Assembly: GCA_963833425.1 (NCBI GenBank) | Contig: CAWHXP010000002.1 | Coordinates: 1 to 64,000, forward strand | DNA from: an uncultured Methanosarcinaceae archaeon | GTDB taxonomy: Archaea > Halobacteriota > Methanosarcinia > Methanosarcinales > Methanosarcinaceae | Reading direction: 5' to 3' | DNA length: 64,000 bases | Shown: positions 1 through 9,887 of the stretch, piece by piece | Layout: each line of letters opens with the position of its first letter | Numbering within the stretch: the first letter of the stretch is position 1 | Made by a program: the position numbers and the translations under genes | Notes under the pieces: generated by a model | What the model saw: the letters and a program-made list of their open reading frames with translations, nothing else | The model's database searches: none | Told to the model about the DNA's origin: nothing

Positions 1-419
1 AGCAAGAAACAACTGATAAAACTAAACGATGCGGCTATAGTCACATGGCCTGCGGGGAAAAAGAAACAAAAAACAAAACATTTGACTGATTTAGCCGGTG
101 TAGGCGCACTGAGTGGTGCTTTTCGGGGTATGTTATTTGGACTGATATTTTTTATTCCTTTACTAGGCTTGGTCGCTGGGGCTGCAATAGGTGCACTTTC
201 CGGTTCTATGACACATATTGGAATTGATGAAAATTTCATAAAATCCGATTCGTAGCAAAGTTACTGAAGGAACTTCAGCTTTGTTTCTGATGACTACCGA
301 CGCTGTTGAAGATAAGGTAGTAGAAGCTATGAAACAAACCAAGTTCGAACTCATTGCTTCTAATCTGTCAAAGGAAGAAGAAGATAAGCTGCGTGCAACT
401 CTTTTCCGCAGAAGAATAA
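1..419 (+). CDS. DUF1269-family membrane protein, 5'-truncated by window edge, with small indels; paralogue of 6235-6723
   Basis: Manual translation gives KLNDAAIVTWPAGKKKQKTKHLTDLAGVGALSGAF...RSKVTEGTSALFLMT..., closely matching the 6235-6723 protein; frame breaks near 250 and 400. Confidence 0.8.
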
Positions 420-443
420 AGTTAGCCAAGAACAAAATTAGGT

Positions 444-471
444 TTTACTAGGGAGTAGACTCTTTAGTAAA
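444..471 (+). terminator. Hairpin directly downstream of first DUF1269 gene
   Basis: TTTACTAGGGAG-TAGA-CTCTTTAGTAAA stem-loop (with G-U pairs); related hairpin follows the paralogue. Confidence 0.4.
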
Positions 472-588
472 ACATCTTCTTCCTTTTATAAATCGATTAT
501 AAGAGCAAAATGCATCTTTTACCAGAAAAGATGAAGACGAACCTAAAGCAGCATTTTGTGCGGGTGGATAATTAAGGAATTGTAGAAT

Positions 589-1347
589 ATGGGAATAGTG
601 GAAGAAATGCAGGTTATGGAACATGAAGCTTTTTTGCCAACAACTACGATCAAGGGGTCTAAAGTTATCAATGTCAGTGAAGAACACCTTGGGATGCTTG
701 AAGAGTTGATGATTGATCCAGACAACGGAAAAATAGCATATGCAGTACTTTCTTTTGGTTGTTTTCTTGGTATAGGTAATAAATTATTTGCCATCCCTTG
801 GGAAATTCTTGAGTTGAATAGGGGCGAGTATATCCTTAGGATTGATAAATCTGTTCTAGAAAAAATGGAAGGTTTTGATAAAGAAAAATGGTCTTTAACC
901 CGTGATGAATTAGCCAAGGTATATGCACACTTTGGAATTCAATCATCCTGGGAAAATAAAATAGAAATGATTGAAGAAACGCAGGACATGGAGATTGGAA
1001 ATTTTTTGCCAACAACTACAATCAAGGGATCTAAGGTTATCCATGTCAAAAAAGAACACCTTGGAAAGATAGAAGAGGTGATGATTGATGTGGAGATGGG
1101 AAGAATCGCATATGCAGTACTTCCTTTTGGTGGTTTTCTTGGTATAGGTAATAAACTATTTGCTATCCCTTGGGAAGCTCTCGAGTCGAATGGGCGGGAT
1201 TATATCCTTAAGATTGACAAATCTGTCATGGAAAAAACGAAAGGTTTTGATAAAGAAGAACTGTCTCTAACCCGCCATGAATTAGCTAAGGTATATGCGC
1301 ACTTTAGAATTCAACCATATTGGAAATCTAAAAAATATATAAGTTAG
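589..1347 (+). CDS. Protein with two tandem PRC-barrel domains
   Basis: Two near-identical ~115-aa repeats with LG.IEELMID...IAYAVLSFGGFLGIGNKLFAIPW signature. Confidence 0.9.
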   Translation: MGIVEEMQVMEHEAFLPTTTIKGSKVINVSEEHLGMLEELMIDPDNGKIAYAVLSFGCFLGIGNKLFAIPWEILELNRGEYILRIDKSVLEKMEGFDKEKWSLTRDELAKVYAHFGIQSSWENKIEMIEETQDMEIGNFLPTTTIKGSKVIHVKKEHLGKIEEVMIDVEMGRIAYAVLPFGGFLGIGNKLFAIPWEALESNGRDYILKIDKSVMEKTKGFDKEELSLTRHELAKVYAHFRIQPYWKSKKYIS

Positions 1348-1597
1348 ACGGAAAACAATCTTGGAATTTGTTAGGTATCCATATTTTTTTACCTGGATAT
1401 CCAACATTAAGAGGATTTTGATAAATCTCTAAATTTTTTATCGTGTGCGAATCTATTAATTTCAAAGTGGAATTAGGACAAAGCTCTTAAAAGGCTGAAG
1501 GCATTCAATGTAAAAAAACGCACATTTCTTTCAAATGGAGATAAGCTTAAACTCAAAATAGCATTTGGTGTAGGGGAATAACTAAGAGGTTAAGAAA

Positions 1598-1951
1598 ATG
1601 GCTGATTCAACATATCTACCAGCACATACAATGAGAGGAGCAAAGGTCGTCAATAGTTCTGGAGAACATCTAGGAAAGATTGAAGACCTAATGATTGATA
1701 TGGAAAGTACCCAAGTAGCTTACGTTGTGCTTTCTTTTGGCGGATATCTTATGGGTTTAGGTGATAAACTATTTGCCATACCTATGGAAGCTTTCAAATT
1801 TAGCCAAGATGGACACAATTGCACTCTTAATGTTGATAAAGCAGTTCTGGAAAAAGCAGAGGGTTTTGACAAAGATATATCATCGTTAACTCACGAGGAA
1901 CTAGATCGTGTGTATACTCATTATGGATATAAACCTCATTGGAAGAGATAG
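1598..1951 (+). CDS. Single PRC-barrel domain protein
   Basis: GAKVVNSSGEHLGKIEDLMID...VAYVVLSFGG...DKLFAIP; GAGG RBS upstream. Confidence 0.9.
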   Translation: MADSTYLPAHTMRGAKVVNSSGEHLGKIEDLMIDMESTQVAYVVLSFGGYLMGLGDKLFAIPMEAFKFSQDGHNCTLNVDKAVLEKAEGFDKDISSLTHEELDRVYTHYGYKPHWKR

Positions 1952-2204
1952 TAGCTGGAACCAACAGGAATTTTAATAAGTGAAAAGTGCAGGAATAGCT
2001 TATCCGGATACTTGATGGGCTAATAGGGGTGGCCATGGAACCAGAGGCAAGTGTTGTGCTGAGGTCGGAATTGTCCGAGAAGCCACTTCTGGCTAGATCG
2101 CAGAAAGGTCGCATTTGATGCCAGGTAAAATGCAAAAAGATGATGCTGCGATCATAAAGTGTTATGGGGACCCGTATTTCAAAAGCAGAGAGGAGACACC
2201 CAAT

Positions 2205-2624
2205 ATGGCATCGACAACAGATAACGGAATCATCAACAAGCTGAGCAATCACTCGGTAGAGCAGACCGTGGAGAGGCTCAAGAATATTCTGCAATCTAAG
2301 GGAGTCACTCTTTTTGCGCTGGTCGACCAAGCGGAAAAGATTGGAATGGGTATGCTTCCGACCAAACTGCTGATTTTTGGAAGTCCAAAGGCTGGCACAT
2401 CTCTTATGCTGGCTGCTCCTAGTATTGCCATCGACCTGCCTTTGAAAATCCTTATTTGGGAAGATGGCAATGGGAAAGTTTGGGTTTCGTACAACAGCCC
2501 TGACTACATAAAGGAGCGACATGGTCTGCCTCAGGAGTTGTTACAAAATATCGCCATCATAAAAACATTGGGCTTCAAAGGCAGGAGAGTAGTATTGAAG
2601 CCCTTGCTTACTTTAAGGTCCTGA
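2205..2624 (+). CDS. DUF302 domain protein
   Basis: SNHSVEQTVERLK...TKLLIFGSPKAGT.LM...AIDLPLKILIWED motif; AGGAG RBS before ATG 2205. Confidence 0.85.
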   Translation: MASTTDNGIINKLSNHSVEQTVERLKNILQSKGVTLFALVDQAEKIGMGMLPTKLLIFGSPKAGTSLMLAAPSIAIDLPLKILIWEDGNGKVWVSYNSPDYIKERHGLPQELLQNIAIIKTLGFKGRRVVLKPLLTLRS

Positions 2625-2652
2625 AATCAAAAGTGAATCTGAATCCCCAATT

Positions 2653-2783
2653 GATCCTATCCAAAAAGTTTTGTGATCTATTTGCAACTTTTACAATCGG
2701 TAATATTAAAACAGAATGGATGCTTGATATTATAGACTCATTATAATTTTTACAAAATGCACTCTGACTTTTTAGATAGGATC
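2653..2783. mobile_element. MITE-like element (~131 bp)
   Basis: 17-bp terminal inverted repeat GATCCTATCCAAAAAGT / ACTTTTTAGATAGGATC (1 mismatch), non-coding interior. Confidence 0.7.
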
Positions 2784-2974
2784 TAAGTTAAATAACTTCT
2801 ATTCTAAAATTCTTCTTTTTGCTGTAACTAACATTTTATGAATATATGCTAACAGCAGTTTAGAATCAGTATTTACTTAGAACTATTGAAAATATGGGTA
2901 CCAGTCATATTTTGACTTCTCTTTTCGAAACTTTCCAAAAAAAAGTCTATTAGCAATTGGAGGGAATAGATATG

Positions 2975-3896
2975 TTATTGAAAGAGTATAAATCCGGTAT
3001 CACTTTCCCAGGCATAATAACATGCGCAGCAGGTCCAGCCAGGCTGGATTCCCGTGGTATTAACATAAAAATAGGAATGGTCTACAACACGTCTTAAGTA
3101 ACTATTCAATCTATAAACCGAATTTATTTTATTTAGATAAATTGCTTTATTGTGCCAAGCTTCTGAGTTGCGGATCAATTTCAATTGCTTTTTCATATGC
3201 TTTTATGGCTTCACGTGACTTGCCTAAACCATCGAGAGCATTTCCTATATTATACCAAGCTTTTGAATTATGAGGGTCATTTTTAATTGCTTTGTCATAT
3301 GCTTTTATGGCTTCATCCAATTTATTTAAATTATATAGAGCTATTCCTTTATTATACCAAGCTTTTGAATTATGTGGGTTAATTTTAATTGCTCTGTCGT
3401 ATGCTTTTATTGCTTCACCATATTTATTTAAAATACTTAGAACGTTTCCTTTACCATTCCAAGCCATTGAATCTAGGGAGTTAAGTTCAATTGCTTTATC
3501 AAATGCTGCTATTGCTTCATCTGACTTGCCTAATTTCCCTAAAGCAATCCCCTTATAATCCCAACTTTTTGAATTATGCGAGTCAAGTTCAATTGCCTTG
3601 TTATATGCTATTATTCCTTCATCCAATTTATTTAAATGATATAGAGCTAGTCCTTTATTACCCCAAGCTGCTGAATTCTGCGGGCTAAGTTCAATTGCTT
3701 TATCATAAGCTTTTATTGCGTCATCATACTTTTTTAAAAAAGTTGCGTTGTTGTTGTCGAAGTTTGGAATACCTGCAAATGCCACGGAGCCTGAGATATT
3801 TACTAGTATTAGAAACACCACCGCAATGGATCCTAAAATCTTTATGGATGTATACCATCGACTTACTTCATCACAATTAGCTTTGTTCAAATTCAA
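2975..3896 (-). CDS. TPR-repeat protein with N-terminal hydrophobic segment; frameshift near 3170
   Basis: Repeated AIKAYDKAIE.NP.NS.AWYNKG units; the repeat continues (NSEAWHNKAIYL) in the 2975-3196 frame. Confidence 0.8.
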
Positions 3897-4550
3897 TCTT
3901 CTTATATTTATACATATATTGTAATGATTTAAAATGACTGCATAATTAACATCATAAAATACGTTATATTATAAATTAAACATTTCTACTTGAATATTAT
4001 ATTTTATAATATATTAAATAGGACTTTGAGATTATTTTTGTTTGTAGAACTTATCATAATTATTAAAGCTCCATCAGTACAATAACATTTCAAATTGTAG
4101 GGCAGATATTCAAAAAAATAGTCTGACTTTAGACACAAGCCAATAAAGACCATATTGTAAAACCATACATAATGATCTATAAATAAGTATGGATATATTT
4201 TGGCAGTCTATTGAAAGTTCTGTAGGAAAATACATTTCTGAAAAAGTTTGTTTTTAAGGAAAGACTAAATGCCAAATTTTTGAAAATCCCAGAAAATAAT
4301 AAAAACATCATCGGTATTAAATTATTGTTCGATGTTAAAAAATTTCATGAATAAGTAAATTTTATTCATAAACTATTTTTTGTATAATTAATTTTAACTA
4401 AATATAGGGGTTAATCGACTTTTACAGCCTAAAGTGAACAGATTAAAAAAGTGATTAATTGTTTATTCAATACTATAAATTATATTAATGATTTTAATAA
4501 TAATGCGTTGATTTGCAATATAATCAATTTTGTCCTACGGAGATAAAGAA

Positions 4551-6041
4551 ATGGCAGAAAAGAAACCGAACATCTTGGTCATCTTTGGAGATGACATTGG
4601 GATTAGCAACCTCAGTTGCTACAGTGACGGTCTTATGGGTTATAGAACACCAAATATTGACAGGATCGCCAATGAAGGTATCAGGTTTACGGACTCTTAC
4701 GGTGAGCAGAGCTGCACTGCTGGTAGATCATCTTTTATTACCGGACAGAGCCCCTTCCGTACCGGCTTGACAAAGGTAGGTCTGCCAGGGGCTAAGCTAG
4801 GAATCAAAGCAGAGGATCCAACTATCGCCGAACTTTTGAAACCGCTTGGGTATGCTACTGGGCATTTTGGGAAGAATCACCTTGGAGACCTGGACGAACA
4901 CCTACCCACAAACCATGGCTTTGATGAGTTTTTTGGTAACCTTTATCATCTGAATGCTGAGGAAGAACCAGAAAATCGTGACTATCCATCAGAGAAAGAT
5001 TTCCCAAATTTCAGAAAGAACTATGGTCCTAGGGGTGTAATCCACAGCTATGCCGACGGTCGCATTGAGGACACAGGTCCGTTAAACAAGAAACGAATGG
5101 AAACCATAGATATGGAGTTTATGGGAAAAGCCTTAGATTTTATCAAACGTCAGCACGAAGGTGCAAAACCATTCTTCGTTTGGTTCAATACAACTCGGAT
5201 GCATCTTAGGAGCCATATCCCGGATAGGATCAAGGGACAGTCTGGACGCTGGCAGTCGGAATACCATGACGCTATGATTGAGCACGATCAGCATGTAGGC
5301 ATGTTGTTGAATTTGCTGGACGAACTTGGCATTGCAGAAGACACCATCGTAGTCTACAGCACAGATAATGGACCACACATGAACTCCTGGCCTGATGGAG
5401 GTATGACTCCATTCCGCAACGAAAAGAATTCGTGTTGGGAAGGAGCTTTCCGAGTTCCGGAGGTAGTTCGCTGGCCAGGGAAGATTCCGGCGGGTGCGAT
5501 TTCTAACGAGATGGTGAGTTTACTTGACTGGCTACCTACTTTGCTTGCAGCAGCAGGAGAACCTGATATTAAGGAAAAACTCCAAAAAGGCCACAAAGCA
5601 GATGACAAGACTTTCAAGGTATATCTTGATGGGTACAATCTGCTTCCATACCTACTCGGAAAAGAGAAAAAATCGCCACGTTTCGAGTTTTTTTACTTTT
5701 CCGATGATGGAGATCTTGTCGCTGTGCGGTATGATAACTGGAAGCTTATCTTTATGGAGCAGCGTGCCAGAGGTACGCTACTGATTTGGGCAGAACCTTT
5801 TGTCCATCTACGCATACCAAAAATATTTAACCTACGCACCGACCCCTATGAACGAGCGGATCAGACCTCCAATACATATTACGACTGGTTGATCGATCAT
5901 GCCTTCCTGCTGGTGCCAGCCCAGAGCATTGTAGGCGATTTTTTGGCAACCTTCAAAGAATTCCCTCCACGCCAGAAATCTGCGAGCTTCACCCTTGACA
6001 GAGTGATGGAGAAGCTCTTGCAGGGAATAGGGAGTACCTAA
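4551..6041 (+). CDS. Arylsulfatase (formylglycine-dependent, Cys-type)
   Basis: KPNILVIFGDD, SCTAGRS (CxAxR), GKNHLG, STDNG motifs; GGAGA RBS before ATG 4551. Confidence 0.92.
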   Translation: MAEKKPNILVIFGDDIGISNLSCYSDGLMGYRTPNIDRIANEGIRFTDSYGEQSCTAGRSSFITGQSPFRTGLTKVGLPGAKLGIKAEDPTIAELLKPLGYATGHFGKNHLGDLDEHLPTNHGFDEFFGNLYHLNAEEEPENRDYPSEKDFPNFRKNYGPRGVIHSYADGRIEDTGPLNKKRMETIDMEFMGKALDFIKRQHEGAKPFFVWFNTTRMHLRSHIPDRIKGQSGRWQSEYHDAMIEHDQHVGMLLNLLDELGIAEDTIVVYSTDNGPHMNSWPDGGMTPFRNEKNSCWEGAFRVPEVVRWPGKIPAGAISNEMVSLLDWLPTLLAAAGEPDIKEKLQKGHKADDKTFKVYLDGYNLLPYLLGKEKKSPRFEFFYFSDDGDLVAVRYDNWKLIFMEQRARGTLLIWAEPFVHLRIPKIFNLRTDPYERADQTSNTYYDWLIDHAFLLVPAQSIVGDFLATFKEFPPRQKSASFTLDRVMEKLLQGIGST

Positions 6042-6234
6042 TTTTGGAAGATCGACCTGGGCAAGGATAATCAGATTTTAGATGATACGATCTCGAATCT
6101 GATCCAAAACATAACGACTTTTGAATTTTTTTATTGAAGCATGAATTTATAGGAAGAATTCGTTCTTCAATAAAACTTAATTTTCTATATTTAAAGACAC
6201 CAATAAAAATGATATGTTAAAAGGAGTTTTGATA

Positions 6235-6723
6235 ATGGCAACTTTAACAGTTTTGAAATTTGACACCGCTGATGGTGCAGAAAATGAATTTGAAGTGATT
6301 GAGGACTTAAATAAGCAACAAATGATAAAACTACACGATGCTGCTATAGTCACCTGGCCTAAGGGGAAAAATAAACCAAAAACAAAGCATTTGACGAGTT
6401 TAACTGGTGCAGGTACACTTAGCGGCGCTTTTTGGGGTTTACTATTTGGTATTCTCTTCTTTATTCCTTTATTTGGCCTGGTTGTCGGTGCCACGATAGG
6501 CGCATTTGCTGGTTCCATGACTCACATAGGTATTAATGAAGAGTTCATAAAGTCTGTTCGCACTAAAGTTACTGAAGGCACTTCAGCTCTTTTTCTGATG
6601 ACTAGCGATGCTGTGGAGGATAGAGTTGTAGAAGCTATGAAACGGTCCAAGTTTGAAATCATTGCTACAAACCTGTCCAAGGAAGAAGAAGCAAAACTGC
6701 GTGCAGCCTTTGCTGAAGAATAA
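6235..6723 (+). CDS. DUF1269-family membrane protein
   Basis: MATLTVLKF...DAAIVTWP, Gly-rich TM hairpin GAFWGLLFGILFF, GTSALF; AAGGAG RBS. Confidence 0.85.
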   Translation: MATLTVLKFDTADGAENEFEVIEDLNKQQMIKLHDAAIVTWPKGKNKPKTKHLTSLTGAGTLSGAFWGLLFGILFFIPLFGLVVGATIGAFAGSMTHIGINEEFIKSVRTKVTEGTSALFLMTSDAVEDRVVEAMKRSKFEIIATNLSKEEEAKLRAAFAEE

Positions 6724-6751
6724 ACTTCGCTGAAAAATAATTCCGATTTTA

Positions 6752-6771
6752 CCAGAGAGTAAACTCTCTGG
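6752..6771 (+). terminator. Hairpin downstream of second DUF1269 gene
   Basis: CCAGAGAG-TAAA-CTCTCTGG perfect stem. Confidence 0.45.
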
Positions 6772-7087
6772 ATATTACTTAATTTTTATTCGGTTAAGGA
6801 ATATGTTAGCTTCAAGATGGCTACTAAAATAATTTATCTAGCTCGATTTACATTTTTAGGTTAAGGAAAAACAGCAATAATAACACGATTCTTACATATC
6901 ATATTTTAACCGAATACAAATGGGAACCATTTTAGCTTATTTAGTAAATATCATTAGACACGAAATTCTAACTTCAGAAGAATACACAAGATCAGAGAGT
7001 CATAATTCAACTAGCGCTTGATGCCCTCATGTATTTATCATGAAGAATTTAAGAATATGCTAAGCACTAATGCTGGTGAAAGTGAAA

Positions 7088-8392
7088 ATGGTACAAAATC
7101 ATCTGCCTCCACGCATTCATGTACTGGCAAAGCCAAGAGGGGCTATTTGTAATCTAGCCTGTTCTTACTGTTTTTTTCTAGACAAGGAACTTCTCTATCC
7201 AGGCAGCAATTTTCACATGTCATACGAAGTGTTGGAAAATTATATTCAACAGCTTGTCAAGGCTCACAGTAGCCTTCAAGTAACTGTTGCCTGGCAAGGA
7301 GGCGAACCCACGCTTATGGGCATTGATTTTTACAGACGTGCCATTGAGTTGCAGGAACGATATAGAAAGCCTGGCATGACGTTTGAAAACACAATGCAAA
7401 CCAATGGTACATTGCTGAACGACGAATGGTGCCAATTCTTCAAAGAAAACAACTTTCTTATTGGAATCAGCATCGATGGCCCAAGAAAATTTCATGACTC
7501 CTACCGGGTGGACAAAAAAGGAAAGGGGACATTTGATAGGGTAATGTGTGGGCTACGCCTCCTGCAAAAACACGGTGTTGAGTACAATGTCCTGACCACA
7601 ATAAACCATATCAATGCTGAATATCCACTTGAAACCTACCGTTTCTTGAGAGATGAAGCAAGGACAAGCTGGATTCAGTTTATTCCTGTTGTGGAGAAAA
7701 TCAATTCGCAGGAGTGTATACTAAATCAAGAAGGAGACATGGTTTCAGATCGCTCAGTGCTGCCTAAACAACTTGGCAGTTTTCTAATCCATATTTTCGA
7801 TGAATGGGTGCGAAACGACGTGGGAAGGATATTCGTGCAAACTTTTGAGGCTTCGACACGTAATTGGCTTGGTCTGCCTTCCTCGGGGATGTGCGTCTTT
7901 GACGAAACATGTGGCTTGGGCTTAGCTCTTGAGCACAATGGTGATCTCTACTCGTGCGACCATTTTGTAGAACCAGAATACCTTCTGGGCAATATCATGA
8001 AAAAAGAAATTATCGAGCTTGCAGCTTCTAAAAGGCAGTACAGGTTCGGACAGAACAAACGTGATACTTTGCCGCAGATATGCCGTGAATGCGATGTGCT
8101 CTTTGCTTGTCTTGGAGAGTGTCCCAAGAACCGTTTCCTTACCACTTCTGCTGGGAAATCAGGAATTAACTACCTATGTGAAGGTTGGAAAGCTTTTTTC
8201 CATCACATCAACTTTCCGATGAAGATCATTTCTTGGTTGATTTGTAATGGTTATTTGGCTTCGGACGTCATGAGGATTATGAAATTAAATGAGAATTTAC
8301 CAAGTAATGGACACAATGATTCTTGCCACCACAGTAGCGATCAAAAGTTCAAACGCTGGCAAGGTCACGGGAAGATAAACAGGAAGCGATGA
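7088..8392 (+). CDS. Anaerobic sulfatase-maturating radical SAM/SPASM enzyme (anSME/AslB/ChuR family)
   Basis: CNLACSYC (CxxxCxxC), WQGGEPTLMG, SIDGP, YSCDHFV, CRECDVLFACLGECPKNR; adjacent to sulfatase. Confidence 0.93.
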   Translation: MVQNHLPPRIHVLAKPRGAICNLACSYCFFLDKELLYPGSNFHMSYEVLENYIQQLVKAHSSLQVTVAWQGGEPTLMGIDFYRRAIELQERYRKPGMTFENTMQTNGTLLNDEWCQFFKENNFLIGISIDGPRKFHDSYRVDKKGKGTFDRVMCGLRLLQKHGVEYNVLTTINHINAEYPLETYRFLRDEARTSWIQFIPVVEKINSQECILNQEGDMVSDRSVLPKQLGSFLIHIFDEWVRNDVGRIFVQTFEASTRNWLGLPSSGMCVFDETCGLGLALEHNGDLYSCDHFVEPEYLLGNIMKKEIIELAASKRQYRFGQNKRDTLPQICRECDVLFACLGECPKNRFLTTSAGKSGINYLCEGWKAFFHHINFPMKIISWLICNGYLASDVMRIMKLNENLPSNGHNDSCHHSSDQKFKRWQGHGKINRKR

Positions 8393-8537
8393 AGAAGAAA
8401 TAAGATCTAACTGTAATTAAATACATTCAGGACCTTGGGACTATGGTGCATCGCTAGCTTGCAGGCACTAATAGAAGGCATAGAAAGAAGGCAGATAAGG
8501 CATTGTTCGATCACCAAAGCTCGATTGAGGTATTATT

Positions 8538-9441
8538 ATGGAACTGACAACAATGATTCTGCACTTGTTAGAAGCTAGTGTTATACTCACCATAGCTAGT
8601 GTTATGCTTACCATATTCGCCCTCTGGCTCCGTGCGGAACCGCATGACACAACATATCTATTCCATAGGCCGGGGCAGTTATTGAGATCGCTTCTGTCGA
8701 TGAACGTTTTCATGCCGCTTTTCACGACATTTATGACTGCAGTCTTCCATTTGCACCCGGTAGTGGAGACAACACTGATTGCTCTTGCAGTTTCTCCCAT
8801 CCCACCCTTGCTCCCAAACAGGGTATTGAAGGCTGGTGGCGATAAGTCTTACACAATAGGCCTGCTTTGTCGCAGCTTCGTTGTTCGCGATCTTCTTCGT
8901 ACCGCTGGTCGTGGACCTTTTGGGAATAGCTTTTGGCAGCCCCGCGAAAATATCACATTCAATGGTCATTTTGATCGTGGGAATTACCACGCTTGCGCCA
9001 TTGGGGGCAGGTATATTAGCCCGTTTGATATCGCTTTCCTTCGCCGAGCGAGTCACTAAGCCGATTTCTCTGGTTGCATCAGTACTCCTAATAGGAGTCG
9101 TACCTATATTACTCATCAGTATGCCGACGGTCATGTCGATGATAGGCAATGGTACGCTAGTTGGCATTGTGGCATTCATTATCATGGGACTCTCAGTCGG
9201 CCATTTACTAGGGGGACCTAAACTGGAGGATCGAACTGTGCTAGCTCTTATGACATCATCCAGACATCCCGGAATCGCGGTAGCGATTGCCAGCACTATT
9301 TACCCTGAGAAGAATCTCGTGATAGCCACTGTCCTTCTATATTTGCTCGTGAACATGCTCATATCTCCATATCTCATATGGTCAAAGCGACGAAACACGA
9401 AGATGGAGATTCATCCCAAATTGATAACTGAGACAATGTAA
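8538..9441 (+). CDS. Bile acid:sodium symporter (BASS)-like membrane transporter, frameshift near 8870
   Basis: Two overlapping hydrophobic ORFs join into one: LAVSPIPPLLP...GGPKLEDRTVLALMTSSRHPGIAVAIA. Confidence 0.75.
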
Positions 9442-9550
9442 CAGATGTAGGAAGCATAATATATCCCAAGTAAAAAGACAATATAATGATACTTTTTACC
9501 GAATTTCACGATCCAACTTTTATGGAGATGGTAAAAGGACATTAGAAGAT

Positions 9551-9871
9551 TTGGAAATCTTGATTTTGAATGCATCCTCTTTCCTGTTCAATTCGGCGGG
9601 TTCGTTACTTATCATATACGGAGGACTTCAGGCAATCTTAGATATCATTTTGTGTGAAGTTTTGAAGAAATCTTATAGTTACCAGCAAATGAGAAAAGAG
9701 CTCACTGACAAGATCGTCTTCGGGCTTGAGTTTTTCATTGCAGCTGATGTACTGGAGACCACAAGGCATCCCACACAGGAAAAACTGATCCTTCTGGGCA
9801 CCGTCGTGTTAATAAGAACAGTTCTTGGCTATTTCCTCAGCAAGGAAGTTTCGGAATACCAGCTGAATTAA
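9551..9871 (+). CDS. DUF1622 small membrane protein
   Basis: FGLEFFIAADVLET...LIRTVLGYFLSKE signature. Confidence 0.85.
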   Translation: MEILILNASSFLFNSAGSLLIIYGGLQAILDIILCEVLKKSYSYQQMRKELTDKIVFGLEFFIAADVLETTRHPTQEKLILLGTVVLIRTVLGYFLSKEVSEYQLN

Positions 9872-9887
9872 AACAGGACTAATAAAA

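Noticed and set aside
1827..2522. 231-aa minus-strand ORF and other long antisense ORFs (8679-9296, 18698-19168, 32550-33005, 42555-42927)
   Set aside because: Shadows of recognisable genes on the opposite strand
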